From Brevinematia bacterium (GTDB taxonomy: Bacteria; Spirochaetota; Brevinematia; Brevinematales; JAOACQ01): a stretch of DNA of 64,000 nt. Each line of letters opens with the position of its first letter. The first letter of the stretch is position 1. The notes beneath the pieces were generated by a model. The model had not been told where the DNA came from. It searched no databases and was given only the letters and a program-made list of their open reading frames with translations. The stretch lies in contig JBMFQR010000009.1 of the NCBI GenBank assembly GCA_049968515.1, positions 1,528 to 65,527 on the forward strand. The letters run 5' to 3'. A program made the translations under genes and the position numbers. This document shows positions 38,463 to 48,370 of this stretch, piece by piece.

Positions 38463-39014
38463 TTAAAATCTTGAAAATACAAAATTATCTGTGTGCTCAA
38501 ACTTATCTACAGTTACATTATCAACTTTTTGAGATTGAGAAGATGTGGCTTCTCTCTTATTTTCCATCTCTTTTACCTCTACAATCTTATCTGGAGAAAC
38601 CTCTTTTCCGTCAACCATAAGGAATGTTTCACCGGCCTTTACCTTGATACTTTCAACCTGTCCACTCAATGTATTGCCATTATCATCATTCCAGAAAACA
38701 AGCTTATTAACAAGCCCAAGTGACCTTGTAAAAGCAAACTCTCTCACAAGATTTTTCATACTCTCCCCCACCTGATTCATCTGCTTTAAGGCAGTAAACT
38801 GTGCCATCTGTGTTATAAATTCTCTATCCTCCATCGGTTTTGTGGGATCCTGTGTCTTTAGCTGTGTAATAAGGAGTTTCATAAAATCAGCTTCTTCGAG
38901 TGTTGCCTTGCTGACAACCTTCTGCCTTTCCTTTAGTTCTTTATTGAATGCATCCACCTTGTAATTAGTTTCAGTTATCTCAGCTGGTGACATCAAAACA
39001 TTTATACTCATCAC
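38463..39014 (-). CDS. flgD: flagellar hook assembly (capping) protein FlgD
   Basis: ADFMKLLITQLKTQDPTKPMEDREFITQMAQFTALKQM is the FlgD signature. Confidence 0.85.
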   Translation of the reverse strand: MMSINVLMSPAEITETNYKVDAFNKELKERQKVVSKATLEEADFMKLLITQLKTQDPTKPMEDREFITQMAQFTALKQMNQVGESMKNLVREFAFTRSLGLVNKLVFWNDDNGNTLSGQVESIKVKAGETFLMVDGKEVSPDKIVEVKEMENKREATSSQSQKVDNVTVDKFEHTDNFVFSRF

Positions 39015-39020
39015 TTCCTC

Positions 39021-40226
39021 CTACACCAGATAATTTATTATTCCATCATAAAGAGAACCTGTATAATGCTCTGTTTCTTCACTAACCTCATTAAGATTCT
39101 TTACCCTGCCAAAAGTAAAACTTTTCTCTTCCATTCCCTCAAAATTTTGCTCACCTGAAGTATCAAACTCACCGAGGCTTATATCGATTCTGCCAATATT
39201 CACACCAGCCTGATTCAGGGATTGAGCAAGGCTCTCTTTATTCTGGTCAAAAAGCATAAAGGCTTCTTTTGTTGAAACCACAATCTTTCCGGTAAGCTGT
39301 CCATCCTCGAGTGTAAATTTCATATTCATCTTTCCGAGATCTGGCGGAAAAAGCTGCATTTTTAACTCACTTTTGCCTTCTCTTACGATTATTACAGCTT
39401 TTCCGGTAATCTGGGCAATAAGTGACTCAATATTAACCCTGTTAAGGCTGCTTGTAAAAACATTGTAATTTTTAACAACAGCATTTTCTATAGGTTTCTC
39501 GACCCTTTTGTCATTAACCAGTATAAATTCCTTTAAAAAATCCACCTCTTTTTTGTTTACATTTAAATACTTTTCATTTGTACTAAGTAAATTCTCTATA
39601 TTCTTATCCCTTTCAATCCTCACATTTTCAAATTTTACAACCGGTTTTTCTGTTGTTTTCGATAATTCTATATTTTTCTTATCTTCAATCTTGTTAATCA
39701 ATTTGCTAACATCCTCTGTGTTCTTCTCTAAGGGGAAATGTATATTTTCTCTAATAGCAGAAAGAATAGGAGAAGTGGATTTAATCAACTCTTTTAGCGA
39801 TTTAAAGTCTGCTTTTTCGATAAGATTCAACGTTAAAGCTAAAAGCTGTTCAATCGAGAAGATTAGATTTTCAAAGTTCGATAGATCGTCAAAAATTTTA
39901 CCACTTTCAGATTTAACATTAGCTTCTTTAATAAGGTCTAAAAGTAATTTTAAATCCTTTAGAAAATTCTTTATTGTTATCTGGTCTTCAATACTCAAAT
40001 CTTTATTTTCTTTTATGGCTTCCAGTTTCTTTTCAATCTTATCAATCTTTTCTGTTATTTTTGAGGTTTCCTGTTTATTGGCTTTTATGTCTTTTTCAAT
40101 CTTTTCGAGTGTTTCTTTAAAAGAAATGCCGTTCTCATTTTCATTAAATCTGACTTTTGTTTTTTCAACTATGTTATCTGATTTTATGTCTGATATAGAA
40201 TTATTTTTATTTATTAACTCAAGCAT
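39021..40226 (-). CDS. fliK: flagellar hook-length control protein FliK-like
   Basis: K/E/I-rich low-complexity N-terminal part. C-terminal Flg_hook-like ELKMQLFPPDLGKMNMKFTLEDGQLTGKIVVSTKEA...LAQSLNQAGVNIGRIDISL. Start moved to MLELINK (ATG 40226, GGAGG upstream). Confidence 0.65.
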   Translation of the reverse strand: MLELINKNNSISDIKSDNIVEKTKVRFNENENGISFKETLEKIEKDIKANKQETSKITEKIDKIEKKLEAIKENKDLSIEDQITIKNFLKDLKLLLDLIKEANVKSESGKIFDDLSNFENLIFSIEQLLALTLNLIEKADFKSLKELIKSTSPILSAIRENIHFPLEKNTEDVSKLINKIEDKKNIELSKTTEKPVVKFENVRIERDKNIENLLSTNEKYLNVNKKEVDFLKEFILVNDKRVEKPIENAVVKNYNVFTSSLNRVNIESLIAQITGKAVIIVREGKSELKMQLFPPDLGKMNMKFTLEDGQLTGKIVVSTKEAFMLFDQNKESLAQSLNQAGVNIGRIDISLGEFDTSGEQNFEGMEEKSFTFGRVKNLNEVSEETEHYTGSLYDGIINYLV

Positions 40227-40298
40227 CCTGCCTCCTGCTTTATTTCTCATTTTATCTTTTCGGTAGAAAAAGAAAAATGTTAACAAAAAATTGTGAAA

Positions 40299-41675
40299 TT
40301 AAAAAAACAACTTTGCAATTTTTTCCTTCTTCTTTGTATAAGGTGGGTAGCGTAATTTTATATCGATGAGATTTGAATTCTTAAAGACTGCCTTTTTATT
40401 TGAAAAGGTTTCAAAGCTAAATATACCATGATATTTACCTATACCGCTATAGCCCACTCCGCCAAACGGGAGATTATAGTTTCCAGTATGCAAAAGTGTG
40501 TCATTGACACATACACCACCGCTCGAGACATTTTCAAGATAAAACCTCTCCCTCTTTTTTGAAGTGGTAAATAGATAAAAAGCCAAAGGTTTTTCCTTCT
40601 TTAAAATATAGCTAACAGCCTCTTCATCCCTATCAAAAGTTATTAGGGGTAAAACAGGACCAAAAATTTCATCCTGCATTACCTTTGAATTATCCCTTAC
40701 ATTATCAAGAAGGACGAGAGGCATAAACAAATCATCTTTGTCTGGCAAAGCAGGATTTAAAACATTTCCCTCTTTTAGATAACCTGAAAGCCTTTCAAAA
40801 CTTTCATTGGAAATAATACGAGAAAAATCATTCGATTTTTTTAGATTCTCACCATAGAAAAGCTTTAATTCTTTTAGAATTAGTTTAACAAGCTCATCTT
40901 TTACAGAGCTACTGACAAGCAAATAATCAGGTGCAACACACGTCTGACCTGCATTAACCATCTTGCCCCAGAGTATCCTTCTTGCTGCAATCTTAAGATT
41001 GGCATCCTCACAGATAACACAGGGACTTTTGCCACCAAGTTCAAGCACAACTGGAGTTAGATTTTTAGCTGCACTTTCCATCACCACCCTGCCAAGTTGT
41101 GGGCTTCCAGTAAAAAAGATAAAATCAAATCTCTGTTTTAATAAAATCTGATTCACATCTCGATGACCTTCGACAACAGTAATGTACTCATCCAGAAACG
41201 TGTCTTCTAGGATTCTTCTAATAACGCCAGATATAGCAGGTGTGTACGGAGATAGCTTTAGTACACAACAGTTGCCAGCAGCAATCGCCCCAATAAGTGG
41301 GGAAAATGAAAGCTGGAAAGGGTAATTCCATGGTGAAATTATAAGCGCCACTCCATATGGTTCATTGTAGATATAAGAACTCCCCGGAAAGGCAAATAAA
41401 GGTGTCTTTACTTTCTTTGGTTTCGCCAAACTATCAACTTTTCTGATTAAAAATTTCAATTCATGTAAAATAATGCCTATTTCTGTTAAAAAAGACTCAA
41501 ATGGAGGTTTCTTAAAATCCTTAAATATTGCAGCTTTAATGTCATCTTCAGCCTGGGTTATAGCCTTATAAAGCCTTTTGAGTTGACTTTTCCTGAATGT
41601 AACTTTTCTGGTTATACCTGTAGCAAAAAATTCTTTTTGCTTTTGAATAACACTTTTTATTTGCGATTCATCCAT
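40299..41675 (-). CDS. NAD(P)+-dependent aldehyde dehydrogenase (ALDH3-like)
   Basis: ELGGKSPCVI (catalytic Glu) and GQTCVAPDYLLV (catalytic Cys), EIFGPVLP; 458 aa. Confidence 0.85.
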   Translation of the reverse strand: MDESQIKSVIQKQKEFFATGITRKVTFRKSQLKRLYKAITQAEDDIKAAIFKDFKKPPFESFLTEIGIILHELKFLIRKVDSLAKPKKVKTPLFAFPGSSYIYNEPYGVALIISPWNYPFQLSFSPLIGAIAAGNCCVLKLSPYTPAISGVIRRILEDTFLDEYITVVEGHRDVNQILLKQRFDFIFFTGSPQLGRVVMESAAKNLTPVVLELGGKSPCVICEDANLKIAARRILWGKMVNAGQTCVAPDYLLVSSSVKDELVKLILKELKLFYGENLKKSNDFSRIISNESFERLSGYLKEGNVLNPALPDKDDLFMPLVLLDNVRDNSKVMQDEIFGPVLPLITFDRDEEAVSYILKKEKPLAFYLFTTSKKRERFYLENVSSGGVCVNDTLLHTGNYNLPFGGVGYSGIGKYHGIFSFETFSNKKAVFKNSNLIDIKLRYPPYTKKKEKIAKLFF

Positions 41676-41737
41676 ATAACGAAATATTACATAACAACGT
41701 AAGGCATTATAGTCTGATATCCCTAAATAAAACTTTT

Positions 41738-42604
41738 CTATTTAAAGATATTCTTAAAGAACTTCTGCCATCCACTTTCTTCTTCAGGAACTTCAAGATT
41801 CATAATTCTTCTTGCAATGTGATTGACACAAATCGAAACATTGTGAGAAGGATATAGCTGCACATAAGGAATCTGTTTTCTAACCGAATTTGATACCACT
41901 TCATCATCATAAATAAATCCAAGATTCTCAACTTTTACATTCAAAAACTGTGAGCATACATCGATGACCTTCTTTGCAACCTTTGTAGCCTCAGATGTAT
42001 TCTTTACCCTGTTTATCACAAGCTTTATATCTGGGTTTTCAACCTCAGCAACTATCGACTTTATTACACCATAGGCATCTGTTATTGCTGTCGGCTCTGG
42101 TGTTGTAATAACAATAATTTCGTGCGCAGATGCAACAAATGTCAATACATTGGATGTAATACCCGCAGCTGTATCAATAATAATAAAATCAGCATAGCTT
42201 ATTTCCTTTAATGCACTAACAAGATTTTCCTTCTCTTCTTCCTTGAGATTTGCAAGCTGGAATAATCCTGATGCACCCGCAATAAAATCAATGCCATATT
42301 CAGACTTATATATCACATCCGTCATCTTTTTCTGCCCCTTTATCACATGAAAAAGGTTGTATTTTGGTATAAAACCAAGCAAAATATGTATATTGGCAAG
42401 CCCTAAATCTGCATCAAAAACCATAACTTTCTTCGGATTGTCCTTCATATTGGCAAGACTTATTCCAAGATTGAGCGAAAAGCTTGACTTTCCCACCCCA
42501 CCCTTTCCAGAGGTAATAGCTATAATCTTTGTATTGGAGCGAGGCAATTCTCTCATCAACTTTCTTAAACCTTCTGCCTGATCAGGCCCAAGAAGTGTAG
42601 ACAT
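41738..42604 (-). CDS. flhG: flagellar number regulator FlhG (MinD/ParA-type ATPase)
   Basis: Deviant Walker A ITSGKGGVGKSS and C-terminal amphipathic GWQKFFKNIFK. Immediately downstream of flhF. Confidence 0.8.
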   Translation of the reverse strand: MSTLLGPDQAEGLRKLMRELPRSNTKIIAITSGKGGVGKSSFSLNLGISLANMKDNPKKVMVFDADLGLANIHILLGFIPKYNLFHVIKGQKKMTDVIYKSEYGIDFIAGASGLFQLANLKEEEKENLVSALKEISYADFIIIDTAAGITSNVLTFVASAHEIIVITTPEPTAITDAYGVIKSIVAEVENPDIKLVINRVKNTSEATKVAKKVIDVCSQFLNVKVENLGFIYDDEVVSNSVRKQIPYVQLYPSHNVSICVNHIARRIMNLEVPEEESGWQKFFKNIFK

Positions 42605-42626
42605 AAGTCATTCCACCTTAATTTTC

Positions 42627-43922
42627 TTACTTTAATGAATCGGAAATTATTTTTTCTACATTAGCAATTTCAAAATCCTGAGGAACCTCCTGCCCATTTG
42701 TCACAAAGGATAAAGGCTTCTTTATCCTGTATAAAAGAGAGACAATTGAACCGAGATACTGAGTCTCATCAAGCTTTGTAGCAATAATATGAGCAAAATT
42801 AATAATCGAATATCCAGCGGCAATAATATCAAGATCTTTAGGCTTAGTCGTAGCACTTACAACCAGATATACATCAATCGGCTTACCTGACTGTTCAATC
42901 CATTGAGAAAGCTCTTTCAATACGATAGTGTCTTTTGGACTCTTGCCAGCTGTATCAATAAAGGTAAAATCTGTTTCCTCTTTATTAAGTAACTGGAAAA
43001 AGTCTTCTTTTTTATGAATCTGAAAAAATGGTGCATTCATTATATCAGCATAGGTTTTCAACTGAGAATCAGCACCAACTTTATATCTGTCAATGGATAG
43101 AAAACGAAGACTTTTCTGTCTTATTGCAGCAACGTGAGCCGCAAGCTTTATCAGTGTAATAGTCTTTCCTACCCCTGTAGGTCCTACAAAAATAACATCC
43201 TTCCCATTCTGATAATTCTCAAACATTATCTCTTCCTGATTGATGTTGGCCTTCAGAAAATCCTTTATCAGATTTAGAATATGTCCTTTATCCAGAAGCA
43301 CACTACTCTTCTGCATCTTCAAAAACTCAACTATATCATTTATCACTTCATTATGAAATTCCCTTTCTCTTAAATATTCTTCTGCCCAGTGAATATTTTG
43401 CTGGGTAATCTCAAGATCCTGCATTATCTTTTTCCTGTTCTCAATTGAGGAATTTCTTGTATTCTTTACAAGCCCCTCTTTTATTTCTTCAAATTCATTC
43501 TTTATATAAGATTGTATCTCAAACAAGGAATTTTTTAATACCTCAACCTCCTGTTCAAGCTTTTTATTTTTTTCAAGAAGAGATGAATAAATGCCATCAT
43601 CACTCGGAAGTGGTCTTCTAACCTCTTTCTTAACAGAAGGATAACTGACTTCCTCAATTTGATTCTCATCAAAAAGACCGGGCTGGGAAGTATTTCTCTT
43701 TGAATAGTGAGACTTTCTTTCTCTCTCAAAGATTTTTTCCTCATCAATACAGGCAGTGGCAATCCAGATGGTTTCCTTTTTTAGCCCCCAGAATTTTCTT
43801 CTTTCTTCAGGATATGTCCGAATAAGCATTGTTTCATTGACACGATTTTCAAGACGTGCAGCCATAAACATCTTGTCTATGGCTTCCTGTTTTGTTCTTC
43901 CCTCATAAACAGCATAACGCAT
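42627..43922 (-). CDS. flhF: flagellar biosynthesis GTPase FlhF (SRP-type)
   Basis: G1 [18 protein letters not shown]3 IDTAGKSP, G4 ATKLDET. Confidence 0.85.
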   Translation of the reverse strand: MRYAVYEGRTKQEAIDKMFMAARLENRVNETMLIRTYPEERRKFWGLKKETIWIATACIDEEKIFERERKSHYSKRNTSQPGLFDENQIEEVSYPSVKKEVRRPLPSDDGIYSSLLEKNKKLEQEVEVLKNSLFEIQSYIKNEFEEIKEGLVKNTRNSSIENRKKIMQDLEITQQNIHWAEEYLREREFHNEVINDIVEFLKMQKSSVLLDKGHILNLIKDFLKANINQEEIMFENYQNGKDVIFVGPTGVGKTITLIKLAAHVAAIRQKSLRFLSIDRYKVGADSQLKTYADIMNAPFFQIHKKEDFFQLLNKEETDFTFIDTAGKSPKDTIVLKELSQWIEQSGKPIDVYLVVSATTKPKDLDIIAAGYSIINFAHIIATKLDETQYLGSIVSLLYRIKKPLSFVTNGQEVPQDFEIANVEKIISDSLK

Positions 43923-43951
43923 CTTCCCCTCCTTTATACTAATTCTATTTC

Positions 43952-43980
43952 ATTTTAACATTTAATTATATTTATTGCAA
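43952..43980 (-). promoter_or_regulatory. possible internal sigma70-like promoter upstream of flhF
   Basis: On the minus strand TTGCAA (43980-43975), 17-nt spacer, TAAAAT (43957-43952), 29 nt before the flhF ATG. Lies in the 126-nt flhA-flhF gap. Confidence 0.35.
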
Positions 43981-44049
43981 TAAAAATACAATTCTTTTGG
44001 AGATTTTTGAGATGAAAGTTTGTATGTAGCAAACCCCCACCTCAAAACC

Positions 44050-46119
44050 TTATATACTTATAATTCCTACCTGTTCTATATTAAAATTCACAGGAATTTC
44101 AGAGTAAGATAAAATTCCAACTGAAGGATAGCTTCTACCAAGTAACTCTCTTATCAATCTCCTTATCTTCTGAGAAGAAACAACTACAGGCTGAATTCCA
44201 TTCTTCAACTGAGTTTCTATAACGTTTGAAGCCTGAACTACAAATTTATTTACTGTTTCGGGATCAAGTGTGGACACAAGTCCCTGTGGCGTCTCCTGCA
44301 AAGACTCGCTTAAGACATCTTCAAGTTCCGGATCAATGAGTATGGCATAAAGCTTATTACCTTCAACAGCATAAGTTGAGGCTATTTCTTTTCCAAGTGC
44401 CTGTCTGACATACTCGGTAAGCAAATCAATATTCTTCAGACTCGGAGCATAATCAGCAATTGTTTCAAGAATTACAAGCATATTTCTAATTCTAACCCCT
44501 TCCTTTAGTAAATTCTGCAAAACCTTCTGAATTTCTCCTATACTGGAATGCTTTAAAACCTCTTCAACTATTACAGGATATTCTTTCTGAATTGCATCAA
44601 GCATAGACTTCACATCCTGTCTTGTCAAAAGCTCACTTGCGTATTTTTTGATTACCTCAGTGAGGTGAGTTGCCACAACAGAAGGGGGATCAAACACATC
44701 AAACCCAAGAGTTTCAGCCTTCACCCTCTCCTCCTCTGAAATCCACTTCGCTTCAATTCCAAAGACTGGCTCCTTTGTCTCAATTCCTTCTATCTGCTTT
44801 AAATCAAGCTTTGGATTCATAGCAAGAAACTTGTTGAAATATACCTTGCCCCTTGCAACCTCAGACCCTCTAATTTTTATGAGATATTCTGAAGCCTCTA
44901 TGGCAACATTATCAACAATCCTTATTGGCGGGACAAGAATTCCAAGATCAAGACCTATTCTCTTCCTGATAAGCTTTATTCTATCAAGCAAATCTCCACC
45001 TTGCTCCTTATCCACAAGTGGTATAAGGTTATAACCTATCTCAATGTTTACAGGATCAACCCTTACTATATCCTCAACAGTTGTAACCTGTTCAGCTGGC
45101 ACTTTAGCCTTTATCTCCCTCTGCTTTTCCTCTTCAGCCTTCTGTCTTGAGCCCATCATATAGCCAATCCATATAAAAAAACCACCAACAATGAGATTGA
45201 GCAGGGTTGGAAATCCAGGAATAAAGCCCATCAAAAACACTGCAGCACCTGCAATATACAAAACCTTTGGAGCATAACCAATCTGCTGAACCACATCCTG
45301 ACCAAATTTTTCTCTTGCCGAAGTTCTTGTGACTATTAAACCGGTAGCAGTTGAGATGAGAAGTTGTGGAATCTGGGAAACAAGACCATCTCCAACTGTA
45401 AACAAGGTGTAAGTTCTCAAAGCCTCACCTATCGCCTCTCCCCTAATTAAAACCCCGGTAATCAAACCCACAACTATATCAACAAAGGTAATAAACAATG
45501 CAACCTTAACATTTCCAGAAACAAACTTTGAAGCACCATCCATCGCTCCATAAAAATCCGCCTCCAGTCTAACTTCATCCCTTCTTCTCCTTGCCTCATC
45601 CTCAGTAATGAGCCCTGCATTGAGATCCTCATTTATTGAAAGCTGTTTACCGGGTAGAGCATCGAGTGTAAATCTTGCAGCAACTTCGGAAACCCTTGCC
45701 GCACCCTTTGTTATGACAAAGAATTGAATAGCAATGATGACAATAAATATTGTTAAACCTATAAGATAGTTACCCTTAACCACAAAATTACCAAAGGTGG
45801 TTATAACTTTACTATCAAAGGCTGGTCCCATTGTTAAAATCAACCTTGTTGAGGTTACATTCAGTCCGAGCCCAAAAATAGTAGTCAGAAGAATTACTCC
45901 GGGAAATGCAGAAAACTCTGAAGGCTTTTTTACATATATGGTACTCAAAATAATCATCAAATTTATCAGAAGATTAAGAATTAAGAGAAGGTCGAGCAAG
46001 AAGGTGGGAAAGGGAATAACAAGCATCAGAATTACAACAATCAAAGAGACAGCAACAAAAAGATCTAAATTATTTTTAACCCTTTCAAGACTTAAAATTG
46101 ACGAAAACCTTGTAGCCAT
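44050..46119 (-). CDS. flhA: flagellar type III export apparatus protein FlhA
   Basis: 689 aa. FVVKGNYLIGLTIF, FFVITKGAARVSEVAARFTLDALPGKQLSI and GAMDGASKFV blocks. Confidence 0.95.
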   Translation of the reverse strand: MATRFSSILSLERVKNNLDLFVAVSLIVVILMLVIPFPTFLLDLLLILNLLINLMIILSTIYVKKPSEFSAFPGVILLTTIFGLGLNVTSTRLILTMGPAFDSKVITTFGNFVVKGNYLIGLTIFIVIIAIQFFVITKGAARVSEVAARFTLDALPGKQLSINEDLNAGLITEDEARRRRDEVRLEADFYGAMDGASKFVSGNVKVALFITFVDIVVGLITGVLIRGEAIGEALRTYTLFTVGDGLVSQIPQLLISTATGLIVTRTSAREKFGQDVVQQIGYAPKVLYIAGAAVFLMGFIPGFPTLLNLIVGGFFIWIGYMMGSRQKAEEEKQREIKAKVPAEQVTTVEDIVRVDPVNIEIGYNLIPLVDKEQGGDLLDRIKLIRKRIGLDLGILVPPIRIVDNVAIEASEYLIKIRGSEVARGKVYFNKFLAMNPKLDLKQIEGIETKEPVFGIEAKWISEEERVKAETLGFDVFDPPSVVATHLTEVIKKYASELLTRQDVKSMLDAIQKEYPVIVEEVLKHSSIGEIQKVLQNLLKEGVRIRNMLVILETIADYAPSLKNIDLLTEYVRQALGKEIASTYAVEGNKLYAILIDPELEDVLSESLQETPQGLVSTLDPETVNKFVVQASNVIETQLKNGIQPVVVSSQKIRRLIRELLGRSYPSVGILSYSEIPVNFNIEQVGIISI

Positions 46120-46129
46120 TCATTCCTCC

Positions 46130-47299
46130 TCATGCTGCAACTGTTCCTTTCATCTGATAAACAATAGAAAGTATCTTTGCAACTGCAACAAAAAATTCTG
46201 GAGGTATCTCCTGCCCTACATCAACTCTTTTGTAGAGTTCTCTTGCCAGAGGCTTATTCTCTATAACATAAACATTATTCTCTTTAGCAATCTCTTTAAT
46301 TCTCTCGGCCATAAGCCCTTCTCCTTTGGCAACAACAATAGGAGCATTCATATAGCTTGGTTCATACTTCAAAGCAACAGCTATGTGAGTAGGGTTTGTA
46401 ATAACGACATCTGCCTTTGGAACCTCCTGTATCATCCTTCTTGAAAGCAATCTTCTCTCCATTTCCCTAATCTTTGCCTTTATTTCTGGATTTCCTTCCA
46501 TTTCTTTAAACTCTTCTTTAAGTTCCTGCTTTGTCATTTTCAAAGATTCAAGATATACCCACCTCTGAAAGGCATAATCCATAACAGCAAGCAAAAGCAA
46601 ACCAATCCCGGAAAAACTTACAAATTGAAATATAATTCTCCAGAGAAGCAAAAAACCTTCAGCTACACCCATCTGAGAAATACCCATCAACTTACCAAAA
46701 TCATTATTCAATATCAAAAAAGCAATAACAAAAACCATAAAAACCTTTAGCAATGACTTGACAAGGTTAAAAATTGCTTCTCTCGACCAAAACATTTTAG
46801 AAAGATTTGTGGGTATATTTGCAAAAACTCTGCCAAAATTAAATGAAATTCTCTTCGTAGAAAAGATGAAACCTCCCTGAATAACATTTCCTAAAATTGC
46901 CGACACAACACCCGTTATTAAAAATGGAAATGTGCTTCCAGATGAAATCCAGAGCACATCAAGTAAAAAAGGAAGCAGATTGTTTCTTGAAATATCAAGT
47001 CTGTTTATATTTTCCAGATAATATCTCATTATATTCCATAGACTGCGAAAAACAAATTCACCAATTAATGACAGAGCCCAGAAATTGGCAAGGAAAACAA
47101 TTATTGCAGTCAGTTCCTGAGATTTTGGAATATTTCCTTCTTCTCTTGCCTTTCTCTTCTTGTACTCTGTTGGTTCTTCAGTCCTACCCTCATCCTCTGC
47201 AGCAAACAATTGTAAATCAACAACATAAAACAAAGGTAGATTGTCTATCTTTTTTAAAACCTTAAGAAATTCAATAATGTTATAATCTCCTTTCAGCAT
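46130..47299 (-). CDS. flhB: flagellar export apparatus protein FlhB
   Basis: LQLFAAEDEGRTEEPTEYKKRKAREEGNIPKS N-terminal block and the NPTH autocleavage site in VITNPTHIAVAL. Confidence 0.9.
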   Translation of the reverse strand: MLKGDYNIIEFLKVLKKIDNLPLFYVVDLQLFAAEDEGRTEEPTEYKKRKAREEGNIPKSQELTAIIVFLANFWALSLIGEFVFRSLWNIMRYYLENINRLDISRNNLLPFLLDVLWISSGSTFPFLITGVVSAILGNVIQGGFIFSTKRISFNFGRVFANIPTNLSKMFWSREAIFNLVKSLLKVFMVFVIAFLILNNDFGKLMGISQMGVAEGFLLLWRIIFQFVSFSGIGLLLLAVMDYAFQRWVYLESLKMTKQELKEEFKEMEGNPEIKAKIREMERRLLSRRMIQEVPKADVVITNPTHIAVALKYEPSYMNAPIVVAKGEGLMAERIKEIAKENNVYVIENKPLARELYKRVDVGQEIPPEFFVAVAKILSIVYQMKGTVAA

Positions 47300-47303
47300 A
47301 AGA

Positions 47304-48089
47304 CTATTTTACCCCCATTGCCTCAACCCATTCCTTTGAGGTATTAATTAATTCCATTATAATATCTTCCCCTACATTCAGGATAACTGGCATCAAAAAC
47401 CAGACCACTATAAAACCTGCAAGCATCTTTATATTAAATCCCATTATCATCACATTAAACTGAGGTGCAACTCTTGATATCAGTCCCATTGAAATATCAA
47501 GAAGAATGGTAACTGAAATTATTGGCAGGGCAATTTTTAAAGCAATTTCAAACATAACAATCAACGCCGAGCTTAACCCCTTTACAATAATAACGCTGAT
47601 ATTTTTATCAATCAAATCAACTTTCTTAAAGCTTTCCACTATTAGGTTTATCAAATAAAAATGGCCATCAAGCCTCAAAAAAATCATAAGTATAAGTATT
47701 CCAATAACATTCCCGATAGCTGGCACCTGAACTTCGGAGACAGGATCAACAACCTCATTCATTCCAAGCCCCATATGAATTGAAAAAATCTGTGCAGATT
47801 GCTGAAATGAAGCAACTATAAAAAAAGCAAAAAAGCCAGCGGCAAAACCAAAAACAAAGTTTGACACAAGAGAAACGCCGAATGTGGCAAGATCGGCTGG
47901 AGTTTTTATCCCTGTTCCAATTAAAAGTGGGATGGTAATGAGGCTTACAAAGAAAGCAAAGGCAAGCTTAAACCTGAAAGGCATTATATAACCAGAAAAA
48001 AATGGGGCAGACATAAAAATTCCGACACATCTGACAAGAATAATCAAGAATAATTGAAAGTAATTATTAAAAACATCATATATGTTCAT
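47304..48089 (-). CDS. fliR: flagellar export apparatus protein FliR
   Basis: 261-aa polytopic protein between fliQ and flhB, with RVAPQFNVMIMGFNIK block. Confidence 0.85.
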   Translation of the reverse strand: MNIYDVFNNYFQLFLIILVRCVGIFMSAPFFSGYIMPFRFKLAFAFFVSLITIPLLIGTGIKTPADLATFGVSLVSNFVFGFAAGFFAFFIVASFQQSAQIFSIHMGLGMNEVVDPVSEVQVPAIGNVIGILILMIFLRLDGHFYLINLIVESFKKVDLIDKNISVIIVKGLSSALIVMFEIALKIALPIISVTILLDISMGLISRVAPQFNVMIMGFNIKMLAGFIVVWFLMPVILNVGEDIIMELINTSKEWVEAMGVK

Positions 48090-48091
48090 TA

Positions 48092-48370
48092 CTACATCCT
48101 GGCATTTGCAATAAGTTCAAATAAATTCTTAGTAAAATCTATCATATTATTAACCAGAAAAGGCCCTATTATAACAAGCAACAGGAGTATAATAATCATT
48201 TTTGGAACAAAAGTCAGAGTTTGCTCCTGAATGGATGTTGTGGCCTGAAAAATACTTATTATCAAGCCAACTATCATAGCACTGCCGAGAAGTGGAACAC
48301 TGATAATAAGAATCTCATAAAACGTCATATTCATTATGGTCAACAGCAAACCCTGACTCATAAAACTCAC
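48092..48370 (-). CDS. fliQ: flagellar export apparatus protein FliQ
   Basis: 92-aa two-TM protein with IISIFQATTSIQEQTLTFVPK block. Confidence 0.85.
   Translation of the reverse strand: MSFMSQGLLLTIMNMTFYEILIISVPLLGSAMIVGLIISIFQATTSIQEQTLTFVPKMIIILLLLVIIGPFLVNNMIDFTKNLFELIANARM

Noticed and set aside
39508-40266. 252-aa plus-strand ORF antisense to fliK.
   Set aside because: It is F/S/L-rich low-complexity sequence, the mirror image of the K/E/I-rich fliK coding strand. It has no start context and lies entirely inside a well-supported gene.
45797-46444. 215-aa plus-strand ORF spanning the flhA/flhB junction.
   Set aside because: It is antisense to two strongly supported flagellar export genes and has no recognisable motifs. 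Such ORFs arise by chance in AT-rich DNA.
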